NCBI GenBank assembly: GCA_963708295.1
Contig: CAVPSJ010000004.1
Coordinates: 96,001 to 160,000 of the forward strand
Direction of reading: 5' to 3'
Origin: an uncultured delta proteobacterium
GTDB lineage: Bacteria > Desulfobacterota > BSN033 > UBA1163
DNA: 64,000 bases
Shown here: piece after piece, positions 34,060-43,283 of the stretch
Layout: every line of letters begins with the position of its first letter
How positions within the stretch are numbered: position 1 is the first letter of the stretch
Notes under the pieces: generated by a model
Told to the model about the DNA's origin: nothing
Seen by the model: the letters and a program-made list of their open reading frames with translations, nothing else
Database searches by the model: none
Program-made: the position numbers and the translations under genes

Positions 34060-35244
34060 CTAACCCTCAACGACCCACCCCGGGCTCCGAACCACTAACT
34101 CTTGCGCCACCTTGACCTGTGCTTTCATATCAATTCCATTCCTGCAGATGACGGAACAGGATGAGCACCCTGAGCAACGTTCCATGTCGTTCCCGGTAAT
34201 CATTTGCAGCGAATCTCTGACAAGAGAATCATTCTCATACCCTTCGTGATACATCACAGCCCTCAACAAATCACCGCGAAGCACCCCGTAAGGACATTCC
34301 CCCCGACACCCCCCGCACAAGGTGCAGATTCTTCCTTGGAGGAAGGATTGATATTGTTTCAGCTCGTCCAAATCACTTTTTGAAAGCGAAGCCCCCATGA
34401 CCGCCGCACACTCCTCGATCTGTTCAACCGTGGTCACCCCCGGGACCGCTGCGGAAACATTCGGATCCCTCAGAATGTATTTGAGTGCGGCCTGATGAGG
34501 GTTGAGGCCTCCCATCTTCTCTTTCTTGTATCCCCCTGACTGAGTCTTCATGGCTATAATCCCCATCCCGGATTGGGCTGCCAGGGCTACGGCCTCCTTC
34601 AAATTCTTTGCATGAGTGAAATTATAGGAGACCAAAGCGACATCGTGAAGATTCGATTTCGCCGCCTCCCTTAAAAGGGAAGCCATGCGGCTGTGGGCGG
34701 AAAATCCACTAAAACGAATCTTCCCTTCCTTCTTCATCTTTGACATGAATTCAAAGAGTGTGGGATCGGAAACTTCATCCGGTTTGGAGTGGCCGTGCCA
34801 CACCAAAACATCAATGTAATCCGTTCTCAGTCGCTGAAGGCTCCTCTCCACGGAGGCTCGCATCTTCTTCTCATCATGAGCATGAACCTTCGTCTGAATG
34901 ACAACCTTTTGCCGTTTTCCTTCGAAGGCTTTGCCCACCATTTCTTCGTTCCGGCCGTGCATATAGCAGTCGGCGGTATCGTAGAAATTGATCCCGAGAT
35001 CAAAGGCCCGAAGCAGCACCGCCGGATCGCTGCAATTCATCACGCCCATACTCACCGCGGTGACTTTCAACCCTGTCTTGCCCAGGGTTCGATATTCAAC
35101 GGCCGGTGTCTTCTCGGTCTTTTCCGAAGCAGGACTGGCCTTCCATACGGGAACGGTCGCAATTCCCAAAAGAGCTGACGAGACTCGCTTCAAGAATTTT
35201 CTTCTTCCTATCTTTTCTGAAAACATAGGATCCTCCCGATTCAT
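34060..35244 (-). CDS. Aldo/keto reductase with twin-arginine leader and 4Fe-4S dicluster
   Basis: GRRKFLK; YRTLGKTG; DTADCY; CTLCGGC..CP; CSGCSSC..C. Confidence 0.9.
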   Translation of the reverse strand: MNREDPMFSEKIGRRKFLKRVSSALLGIATVPVWKASPASEKTEKTPAVEYRTLGKTGLKVTAVSMGVMNCSDPAVLLRAFDLGINFYDTADCYMHGRNEEMVGKAFEGKRQKVVIQTKVHAHDEKKMRASVERSLQRLRTDYIDVLVWHGHSKPDEVSDPTLFEFMSKMKKEGKIRFSGFSAHSRMASLLREAAKSNLHDVALVSYNFTHAKNLKEAVALAAQSGMGIIAMKTQSGGYKKEKMGGLNPHQAALKYILRDPNVSAAVPGVTTVEQIEECAAVMGASLSKSDLDELKQYQSFLQGRICTLCGGCRGECPYGVLRGDLLRAVMYHEGYENDSLVRDSLQMITGNDMERCSGCSSCSVICRNGIDMKAQVKVAQELVVRSPGWVVEG

Positions 35245-35382
35245 TCAAATATCTTGAATTATAGCCTACCGAAGTGATTTATCAATCCTTTTCATGTTAA
35301 TAAATAGCGCGGAGTTGCAAGCCAAGCCGCTGCTATGGTAATAATGATTTAAGGAATCCCACATCCCGAAGGGAGGTCACTT

Positions 35383-36075
35383 ATGAAGAAACATTTTCCA
35401 TTACTCAATCTCATGCTGATTTTTGGGCTGGCGATTCTCACGCTGCTTTCGATTTGCGTGATGGACCGTTCGGCTCTTGCCCAAGGGAAGAGTGGTGGGG
35501 AGACCTTAAAATTGCCTCCTCCAAGATTCGAGAGTGAGGTATCTATTGAAAAAGCCCTGCTGGAGAGAAGGTCCATCCGGAGTTATAAGGAAGAGCCGTT
35601 AACCCTCAACGAGCTTTCTCAGATCCTCTGGGCAGCCCAGGGCATTACAGAGCCCAAGAAAGGCTTGAGGACGGCCCCTTCGCCAAGGGCGATCTATCTT
35701 TTGGAGGTTTATGTCCTTCCTGGAAATGTGATGAATCTTCCGATGGGAATCTATAAATACCAGCCCCAGGGCCATGAGCTGATCAAAATAGCGGACGGGG
35801 ACAAGAAGGCTGAATTGTTTAAAGCCGCGGGCCAAGCCCCGATCAAAAATGCGCCCGTTGCCCTGGTGATCACCGGTTTATCCGAAAAAACCCAAAACCC
35901 GGCATGGATGTATCTTGAGGCTGGCCATGCGGCAGAGAATATTTATCTGCAAGCGGTCTCGCTGAAACTGGGCACGGTTGCCATGGGAGGGTTTAAAGAG
36001 GATGAGGTGCGCAAAGTCCTGAGCCTTCCGGAAAAAGAGCGCGTGATCTATATCATGCCCATTGGAAAAAAATAG
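35383..36075 (+). CDS. SagB/ThcOx-type nitroreductase-family protein
   Basis: RRSIRSY, LSQILWAAQG, RTAPS, EAGHAAENIYL. Confidence 0.9.
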   Translation: MKKHFPLLNLMLIFGLAILTLLSICVMDRSALAQGKSGGETLKLPPPRFESEVSIEKALLERRSIRSYKEEPLTLNELSQILWAAQGITEPKKGLRTAPSPRAIYLLEVYVLPGNVMNLPMGIYKYQPQGHELIKIADGDKKAELFKAAGQAPIKNAPVALVITGLSEKTQNPAWMYLEAGHAAENIYLQAVSLKLGTVAMGGFKEDEVRKVLSLPEKERVIYIMPIGKK

Positions 36076-36124
36076 GACAATAACACAGAAATATATCCTA
36101 ATTTATTGCATAGGAGGAAAGAAC

Positions 36125-36268
36125 ACGGCAAATCTGAAGTTTGACAAAGAGATCACTGCACTTCTCGTCATCGATCCGTACAACGATTTCATTTCCGAGG
36201 GAGGCAAAGTATGGGATCGCTTGAAGACTGTTGCAGAAGCAAATGATTGTATTCCTCATATGTTGCAC
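36125..36268 (+). pseudogene. 5' remnant of an isochorismatase/cysteine hydrolase
   Basis: TALLVIDPYNDFISEGGK; GGAGG RBS before an ACG in the start position; similarity ends near 36268. Confidence 0.7.
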
Positions 36269-36365
36269 AAAGGAACAGGCACTAGAGGACCGCACGCACC
36301 TCAACTACCTTTAGGAGAGGCGGCTCGGCCGGATATTAGTATATTAGCACGGATGGGAGCAACCG

Positions 36366-37115
36366 ATGGTCAAAAGCACGTACTGCAGCCGTTGCCACAT
36401 GCACGTATCGCTTTGCCTTTGCGCAGACATACCGCCGATCAACACGCGCACACAAGTCGCGATTATCATGCACGAAACCGAGCAGTGGCGCACGTCGAAC
36501 ACGGGCTATCTGGCCACGCTCATGCTGCCCAACAGCGTCCTGCGCATCCACGGCGAGCGGGGTAGGATGCTCGATGTGCACGATTGGTTCGAGCCCACGC
36601 ACAGGGCCTTCGTCCTGTTCCCTGACGCCCATGCCCGCGTACTCGATCCACAGTTGGCCGAAGAAGACGATCGCCCGATCCGGTTGATCGTGCCAGATGG
36701 CACCTGGCGACAAGCGCGCCGCATGGTGCGCCGGGTGGCCGGCCTGGCAAAAGTACCGAGGGTCACTTTGCCGGAAGGGCTGGTCTCAAAGTACCGTCTG
36801 CGCAAGAGGCAGTCGACAGGTGGCCTGTGCACCTTTGAAGCGATCGGTGAAGCCCTGTGCCTGCTGGAGGGAGCGCACCTCCACGTGCCCCTTGTTCACG
36901 TGCTCAGCCGTTTCGTCGAGCGCTTACTCTGGTACCGGGGGTTGCTCCCCGCCGAAAAAGTTACGGGCGGCATCTCGGAGAGCGCTTTTCAGCTTCGCAG
37001 CGACATCAGTCGTGGCATTCCGGCCGAAAGCTTCAGTCCTGTGAGAAAAGGCCCCGGACCTAAGCCCCGGCCCCCGGGGGATAGACCTGAACCTCCTCGC
37101 CAACCTTACGATTAA
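36366..37115 (+). CDS. DTW-domain tRNA-uridine aminocarboxypropyltransferase
   Basis: CxxC..CxC, SNTG, DGTWRQARRM, LCTFEA. Confidence 0.85.
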   Translation: MVKSTYCSRCHMHVSLCLCADIPPINTRTQVAIIMHETEQWRTSNTGYLATLMLPNSVLRIHGERGRMLDVHDWFEPTHRAFVLFPDAHARVLDPQLAEEDDRPIRLIVPDGTWRQARRMVRRVAGLAKVPRVTLPEGLVSKYRLRKRQSTGGLCTFEAIGEALCLLEGAHLHVPLVHVLSRFVERLLWYRGLLPAEKVTGGISESAFQLRSDISRGIPAESFSPVRKGPGPKPRPPGDRPEPPRQPYD

Positions 37116-37403
37116 ATGAAAGTTGCAATCGAGGCGGCTACAAGAACTGTTATCGGTGTACCCTCAGTGTGTTCTTCAGAGTTAACGATACCTGCTATAG
37201 ACCTTCAGTTTTTCAGCCATCGAAAATGTTTGGATTTGATTTTTTTCTCTCGGCGGGGACTCTTCAGGAAGGGTATTGAGAACCAGTTTCGCGGTGTTGT
37301 GGATCAATTGAGACGGCCTTGAACAAGAATCACTCCTCGCCCAGAGCTTCCAAGTCGGCGAGATCTTTCCTTCTCCCCAATGCCCCTTATTAGGTATCAC
37401 TAA

Positions 37404-37727
37404 TCAAGATTGGGCGAGGGCGTAGCCTGCTTTTCTCCATGCCTCTACGCCGCCGGCGAGGCATGCCACATTCTTGTAACCCATTGCCATATACTTCTCT
37501 GCCTGACCGGCAGATGTCTTCTCATCGTGTCAGCCTCAGTAAAAAACGATCTCCTGATCCCTTGACAGCGAAGAAAGTTTGGACTTGAACTCGCTCAGGG
37601 AAATCGCTCCTTCCAATTGCATTGCTTTGAACCTCATCTCATCCTCGTATGCGCAGACGAGCAAAGCTTTCCCGGATTTCAATTTGTCATAAACTTCCTC
37701 TGCGGTAACGCGTTCAGGTTCCGACAT
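37404..37727 (-). CDS. Rhodanese-domain protein with two in-frame UGA codons, putative UxU selenoprotein (107 aa)
   Basis: EIVFY-TGA-G-TGA-HDEKTSAGQA..GYKNVACLAGGVEAWRKAGY in one frame; GGAGG RBS. Confidence 0.8.
37498..37514 (-). promoter_or_regulatory. Putative bacterial SECIS hairpin
   Basis: UCUGCC-GGUCA-GGCAGA; loop starts 21 nt after the second UGA and 27 nt after the first. Confidence 0.65.
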
Positions 37728-37861
37728 GATTTGCCTCCTTTTCCCCAATCCAATTTTCTCCACCATTGTAAATCTCAGTTGGTCAAATAATCAACACTTT
37801 TCCGGAACAACGATGATTCCAAGGTTTAACTTAGCAGTTAACATGGAAAAAACATTTTTCG

Positions 37862-38127
37862 CAGGCTGCTCAAAAATGCCCAGATGCAAGGCGCCCAAAA
37901 TCCTGAGAGTGGCGCCGCGACGAATAAGGAGCGACATCTTGCCACGCCGACGAGTTGGTGAGTCGGCCGGAGGCGTACTTGAATGTACGCTGCAACGACG
38001 AAGGATGAGGGGTGGCGTCGCGACGAATAAGGAGCGACTTATTGCCACGCCCCCGAGCCGGTGAGGGGGCCGGATACCGCCGCAGATGCCTGCCTGCCGG
38101 TAGGCAGGGGCGTTTTTCAGCAGCCTG
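37862..38127. mobile_element. MITE copy A with nested insertions
   Basis: Termini CAGGCTGCTCAAAAA / TTTTTCAGCAGCCTG; core shared with 40929..41079. Confidence 0.8.
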
Positions 38128-38514
38128 TCAGATTGATCTGATAGGTATCCTCCTTGTCGTAGACCTGGGGACTGTATTCGATCACAAGCGTATCTTCCAA
38201 CCCGTAGAAGCGATGGCCGCAGCGGGTTTCACTCTTATCTTATCTCCTTTTTCAAGAATCCTTTCTTCCTTTTGAAGCGTGTCTATATCGATCAACGATA
38301 CTTTGACCTTTCCCTGAAAGATGTAGAAGATTTCTTCCTTTTTTTCATGGTAATGATCACCCCTGGAGTGCCCTTTTTTAATCTCAAACGCAGCTAAATG
38401 GCGCATCGATTCCTGATACGCAATCTGAACGAATTCCCCCCTTTCCTCCTCCCACCTTTTGGGTCCGGGGATTTCTTTTGTGTTGGGCAGTTTTTCAACG
38501 GTCACTTTATTCAT
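38117..38514 (-). CDS. Cupin-domain protein, frameshifted
   Basis: RGDHYHEKKEEIFY motif; stop codon lies in the MITE terminus. Confidence 0.75.
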
Positions 38515-38535
38515 AATATCCTCATCTCTAATATA

Positions 38536-38693
38536 GTGTGGTGAATCTAACACTTCTTTACATCCCGAGGTCGTCACTCCCACCCCGTACAGAGTACGGG
38601 GTAAACTCCGGCGGGAATCCAGCTTGGAAACACTGGATTCCGGGTCAAGCCCGGAATGACAAATAAAAGAAAGAGGTTTCTGACTTACCACAC
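38536..38693. repeat. Composite palindromic element
   Basis: Imperfect termini GTGTGGTGAATC / GACTTACCACAC around ACCCCGTAC..GTACGGGGT and CTGGATTCCGGGTCAAGCCCGGAATGAC. Confidence 0.6.
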
Positions 38694-38741
38694 CTAATAT
38701 GTTGGGTTGTCTTCATTGCTTTGGTGATTTTCAATGTTCCC

Positions 38742-39797
38742 CTAATCTTCTCTGGGCTTTGACTCTTCAGGAATGATACTGAGATTCAACTTCTCGGTTT
38801 GGCGTATGATCGTCAGCGTCGTTTTCACTCCCACTTTCTCTTCCGTCAACATCCGATGCAAATCATCAATACCTGCAACGGGTTGACTATCCAAACCGAC
38901 AATGATATCCCCCTCGGAAAGGCCAGCCCTCTTTGCCGGGCTATTTTCCTCGAGAGACACCACCAGGACACCGCTTTCAACGGGCAAATGATAGAATCGT
39001 ACGATGCGGCGAAGAAGTGGGACATTCTGGCCTCCGAGCCCAATATAGCTCCGCCTTATTTTCCCTTCTTTGATCAGCCGTCCCGCGACAAATTTCGCGG
39101 TATTAATTCCAATAGCAAAGCAGATCCCCTGGGCGGCCAGAATCATAGCGGTATTGACCCCGATCACGTCTCCCCGCGAAGTAACCAGGGGTCCTCCCGA
39201 ATTTCCCGGATTCAGGGCTGCGTCTGTCTGGATGATGTTATCTATTAAACGGCCCGAAATAGACCTGAGGGAGCGTCCTAGTGCGCTGACCACTCCTGAC
39301 GTAACCGTACACTGAAAACCGTAAGGGTTGCCAATAGCGATGACCAATTGCCCTACTCGAATTCTCTGCGAGTCACCCAGGGGGGTGGCCAAGAAATTTG
39401 CTCCGTTGATCCTGACCACCGCCAGATCCGTATCAGGGTCCTCTCCTACCAAATCTCCTTCAAAACGGCGACCATCCGGCAGTGTGACCGAAATCTTGTC
39501 GGCGTGATGAACGACGTGACTGTTCGTCAGAATGAAACCGTCCGGTGTGAAGATGAAACCTGAACCCGTGCCCCGCAACTCTTCGGGCGGACCGTAACGC
39601 GTGCTCCGGTTTGCTCGTGGATTCGCCCGAACGTCCAGATTGACTACGGATGGACTCACTCGCTCGGCTGCACTGACGACTGCCCGTGAATACGCATCAA
39701 GGAGATCGTCATCTGAAGGGTGGGTGGCCTCAAGAATCCGCGCTTCCCCTCCTTCGACTCCTTCATCCGATACAAGTCGCAAGATTTTCTTAGACAT
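38742..39797 (-). CDS. HtrA/DegS-family serine protease (trypsin + PDZ)
   Basis: GSGF, TNSHVV, DLAVV, NPGNSGGPL, PDZ domain. Confidence 0.95.
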   Translation of the reverse strand: MSKKILRLVSDEGVEGGEARILEATHPSDDDLLDAYSRAVVSAAERVSPSVVNLDVRANPRANRSTRYGPPEELRGTGSGFIFTPDGFILTNSHVVHHADKISVTLPDGRRFEGDLVGEDPDTDLAVVRINGANFLATPLGDSQRIRVGQLVIAIGNPYGFQCTVTSGVVSALGRSLRSISGRLIDNIIQTDAALNPGNSGGPLVTSRGDVIGVNTAMILAAQGICFAIGINTAKFVAGRLIKEGKIRRSYIGLGGQNVPLLRRIVRFYHLPVESGVLVVSLEENSPAKRAGLSEGDIIVGLDSQPVAGIDDLHRMLTEEKVGVKTTLTIIRQTEKLNLSIIPEESKPRED

Positions 39798-39965
39798 CTT
39801 TACCTCTCCTCTCTCATATTTTCCCTGGGTCAACCGACCTTAAGCTTTCTGTTCAATTTAATCATTCAACGTCGATTTTTCAAATAGATCTCCTACTTCG
39901 GAAATAGGTTAATGATTGATTATCCGGCTATTTTCAATTATGATGTTTTTGTAAACAGGAAAAAT

Positions 39966-40394
39966 ATGAAAGAATACACAGACAAACATGCCCGTTCGGG
40001 AATCGATGCTCCCCTCCCAATACTCGAATGTTTCGAAAATCAGTTCAAGAATTATGAGATCGCCATCTCCATCCCGGAGTACACCTCCATCTGCCCTCGA
40101 TCAGGACTGCCTGATTTCGGAACGATCACGATCCGATACACTCCTGATCAATGGTGCGTGGAATTGAAATCTCTTAAGACGTACATCCTTGCCTACCGGA
40201 ACCTGGGGATTTTCTATGAAAACGCAGTGAACCGGATTCTCAGAGATTTCGTCAAGGCATCCAAACCGATTCAAGCGGTGGTCACGGGTGAATTTAATGT
40301 CCGGGGAGGGATGAAAAGTATCATCGAAGCCCGTTATCCCGCAAAAGGAATACGGAAAAAGGTTCACCCCATTAAAAAGTCTTCTGCTTTCTGA
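39966..40394 (+). CDS. queF: PreQ1 synthase
   Basis: PEYTSICPRSGLPDFG, VELKSLK, FNVRGG. Confidence 0.95.
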   Translation: MKEYTDKHARSGIDAPLPILECFENQFKNYEIAISIPEYTSICPRSGLPDFGTITIRYTPDQWCVELKSLKTYILAYRNLGIFYENAVNRILRDFVKASKPIQAVVTGEFNVRGGMKSIIEARYPAKGIRKKVHPIKKSSAF

Positions 40395-40466
40395 CGGGAA
40401 CGCTCGCAGCGGACTATTAACCCCCTGGTCCGCCCCGTTTAGAGACAAATTCTAACAGGGTAAACG

Positions 40467-40928
40467 ATGACAGAGATTAAAAAAAAGGTCCTTTTCGTCT
40501 GCACGGGAAATTCTGTCAGGAGCCAGATGGCCGAGGGGCTATTGAAGGCTCTCGGTTCCGGGCAGTGGGACGTCCAGAGTGCCGGGATCATTCAGTCCTA
40601 TATTCATCCCTTGGCCATTCTGGTAATGAAAGAGATCAGCATTGACATTTCTAAACAAACCTCAAAATCCTTGGATCAATTCCTCAACGAGAAATTTAAT
40701 TACATCATCACCCTTTGTGATCATGCGGCTCAATTCTGTCCTGCCTTCGGCGGCCTCGGAAAACGGCTTCACTGGCCCTTTGAAGACCCTGCGGGGGCCA
40801 CTGGAACCACGGAGGAGAGATTGGCCGTATTCCGAAGGATAAGAGACGGGATTAAGAAGAAGATTGAAGAGTTCTTAAAGTCTGAATCCTCCGAAATTCC
40901 CGATGCGATTGCTTCATTCAAGTTTTAA
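40467..40928 (+). CDS. arsC: Arsenate reductase / LMW-PTP family protein
   Basis: CTGNSVRSQMAEG, TLC..CP, HWPFEDP. Confidence 0.9.
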   Translation: MTEIKKKVLFVCTGNSVRSQMAEGLLKALGSGQWDVQSAGIIQSYIHPLAILVMKEISIDISKQTSKSLDQFLNEKFNYIITLCDHAAQFCPAFGGLGKRLHWPFEDPAGATGTTEERLAVFRRIRDGIKKKIEEFLKSESSEIPDAIASFKF

Positions 40929-41079
40929 CAGCTTGCTGAAAAAGTAATTTTTTGCGGGCTGGTCAAAAATGCCCGGATGCAAGGCACCCGAAATACTGAG
41001 GAGTGAGGCGTACTGGGATGTACGCTGCAACGACGAAGGGTGAGGGCAACGCCGCAGACGGGGATTTTTCAGCAGCCTG
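40929..41079. mobile_element. MITE copy B (uninterrupted)
   Basis: CAGCTTGCTGAAAAA / TTTTTCAGCAGCCTG between two convergent stop codons. Confidence 0.8.
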
Positions 41080-41958
41080 CTAGGCCTCAGCCCTTCTCAA
41101 CAGCCTCGCCCAAGTTCTCTCTACGTTTTCTTGAATCACTTCCACTTCCGCGTCAGTCACGTGGCCGAAGCGGCCTTGAAGCTTCAGATAATCTTTCACG
41201 GGAACGACACGGGATTCTTCTTGAAGGGTATAGGATACCCCATTCTCAATTTCATAGAGAGGAAAGATCCTCGACCGAACGGCAAGCCTTGAAATTTTGA
41301 CCGTGAGTTCTGAAGGAATCTTCCAACCCGGAGGACAGGGAGAAAGAAGATGAATAAATCGGGTTCCCCGGATTCGCTTTGCCTTCTCCAATTTTCTTAA
41401 CAAGTCTTCCGGATAAGCAATCGTTGCCGTCGCGGCATAAGGAATCTGATGATCGGCCATGATCGCCATGATATCTTTTTTCGGGTTCTCTTTGGGCTTC
41501 GTCACCGGGGTGGTCGTCGTCCAGGCAAACCTGGGTGTCGCGGAGCTCCGCTGGGTACCCGTATTCATGTACCCTTCGTTGTCGTTGCAAATATAAATGA
41601 AATCCTCATTCCGCTCTGCAGCACCCGAGAGGGCCTGGAGGCCAATGTCGAAGGTTCCGCCGTCTCCGGCCCATACGGCGACGACAGCCTCATGGTCTCC
41701 CCGGATATCCAAGGCGGCCCTCACCCCCGAGGCGGTGGCTCCTCCCGTGACAAACCCCGCATGAACCACCGGAATCCGGAAACTGGAATAGGGCCAAAAT
41801 CCCGGAATGATCGACCAGCAGGAGGCAGGAAAGACCATCACCGTCTTCTCACCGAGGGCCTTCAGGGTGAGCCGCATGCTGACGGCTGCTCCGCATCCGG
41901 CACAGGCAAGATGGCCGTGGCCAAGATTCTCACTTGAAGGTATCTCTATTTTTCTCAT
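41080..41958 (-). CDS. porB: 2-oxoacid:ferredoxin oxidoreductase beta subunit
   Basis: GHLACAGCG, GDGGTFDIG, DNEGYMNTG, SPCPPGW. Confidence 0.9.
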   Translation of the reverse strand: MRKIEIPSSENLGHGHLACAGCGAAVSMRLTLKALGEKTVMVFPASCWSIIPGFWPYSSFRIPVVHAGFVTGGATASGVRAALDIRGDHEAVVAVWAGDGGTFDIGLQALSGAAERNEDFIYICNDNEGYMNTGTQRSSATPRFAWTTTTPVTKPKENPKKDIMAIMADHQIPYAATATIAYPEDLLRKLEKAKRIRGTRFIHLLSPCPPGWKIPSELTVKISRLAVRSRIFPLYEIENGVSYTLQEESRVVPVKDYLKLQGRFGHVTDAEVEVIQENVERTWARLLRRAEA

Positions 41959-42000
41959 CGACCCTCCTAAAACCTTTTGCTACTTTTTGATTCTCCTCTT

Positions 42001-42130
42001 GAAAATTCGAAATCCTAATATCGAAGCTCGAAACAAATTCTAATCTCAAATTTTCAAAACAAGATGTTTCGAATTTTGTATTTTGATCATTTGAGATTGT
42101 TTCGAATTTCGCATTTCGTGCTTCGAGCTT
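42001..42130. repeat. Mirrored degenerate heptamer array
   Basis: TCGAAAT-like units followed by ATTTCG-like units. Confidence 0.65.
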
Positions 42131-43283
42131 ATTTCTTCAGACCCAGCCAGAGAATCTCTTCTTCAGGTTGCGGGTGGTCCACTGTGTATTGGATCGCTTC
42201 TTCGATGAGCTCCGGAGTGATGTCCCTTCCCCCCAACCCTGAGATGAATCCAAAGACCTGGGGTCTCTTCTCTCTGGAGTATAAGGAGGCTCTCAATTCG
42301 TGGGCAAAGATGCCTCCCACTCCGGCCGAGAGATTTCTATCGATCACCGCCACCTTCTTTGCCGCTTTGATTTCCTCACAAATCTCTTGCGAGGGGAAGG
42401 GTCGAAACCTCTTGATCTTTAATCCGGCGACGCTGACTCCTCTCTCATTCATTTTCTGGATAACGATCCTTGAGGTGCTCGTCACGGTGCCAGAGGTCAT
42501 CAGAAGAACCTCGGCTTCTTCCTTTCCATACCTCTCGATGGCGCCGTAACCGCGTTGAAATCGGGATCTGAACTCATCGTTCACCTTTTTGGCGATCTCC
42601 GGAACCTGTTCCATTGCCTTCTGCAATTTGTACCGAAACTCCAAAAAAAAGTCCGGCGTGGCGATCATTGAGAAGGTCACGGGTTCCTGAGTATCGATTG
42701 CATATTCGGGACAATAGGGCAGCAGGAAGGAGTCCACCTCCTCCATGGTGGGAATCTCCACGGGCTCGGAGGTATGGGAGAGGACGTAAGCATCGAGGAC
42801 AACCATCACCGGAAGCTTGACCGATTCTGCAATTCGATAAGCCTGGAGGACGGTATCGAGGACTTCTTGATTATTTTCGCAATAGAGCTGAATCCATCCG
42901 GTATCGCGTTGAGAAAGGGAGTCACTCTGATCACTCCAGATATTCCACGGTGGGGCAATGGCTCGATTGACGTTCACGAGCACAATCGGAAGGCGAGCTC
43001 CGGAGGCCCAATGGAGCATCTCGTGCATATAGGCCAATCCATGAGAGGAAGTGGCCGTAAAGCATCTCACCCCTCCCGTGGAGGCTCCGATCAAAGCAGC
43101 CATGGCAGAATGCTCCGATTCTACTTTCAGGAATCGCGTGTTCAACCGGCCGTCCGCGATGAGTTCGGATAGCTCTTCAACGATCGTCGTCTGCGGGGTG
43201 ATGGGATAGGCGGAGATGACATCGACACGGCTCAAGATCACCCCGTAGGCCACCGCTTGATTCCCTGTGATGACCTTTCTCAT
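42129..43283 (-). CDS. porA: 2-oxoacid:ferredoxin oxidoreductase alpha subunit
   Basis: AYPITPQT, VESEHSA, TATSSHGL, GLGGRD. Confidence 0.9.
   Translation of the reverse strand: MRKVITGNQAVAYGVILSRVDVISAYPITPQTTIVEELSELIADGRLNTRFLKVESEHSAMAALIGASTGGVRCFTATSSHGLAYMHEMLHWASGARLPIVLVNVNRAIAPPWNIWSDQSDSLSQRDTGWIQLYCENNQEVLDTVLQAYRIAESVKLPVMVVLDAYVLSHTSEPVEIPTMEEVDSFLLPYCPEYAIDTQEPVTFSMIATPDFFLEFRYKLQKAMEQVPEIAKKVNDEFRSRFQRGYGAIERYGKEEAEVLLMTSGTVTSTSRIVIQKMNERGVSVAGLKIKRFRPFPSQEICEEIKAAKKVAVIDRNLSAGVGGIFAHELRASLYSREKRPQVFGFISGLGGRDITPELIEEAIQYTVDHPQPEEEILWLGLKK

Noticed and set aside
36062-36565. 167-aa ORF
   Set aside because: Chimera of the isochorismatase stub and an off-frame overlap with the DTW gene
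37791-38275. Short ORFs over the MITE region
   Set aside because: They are translations of repeat DNA with no transposase motifs
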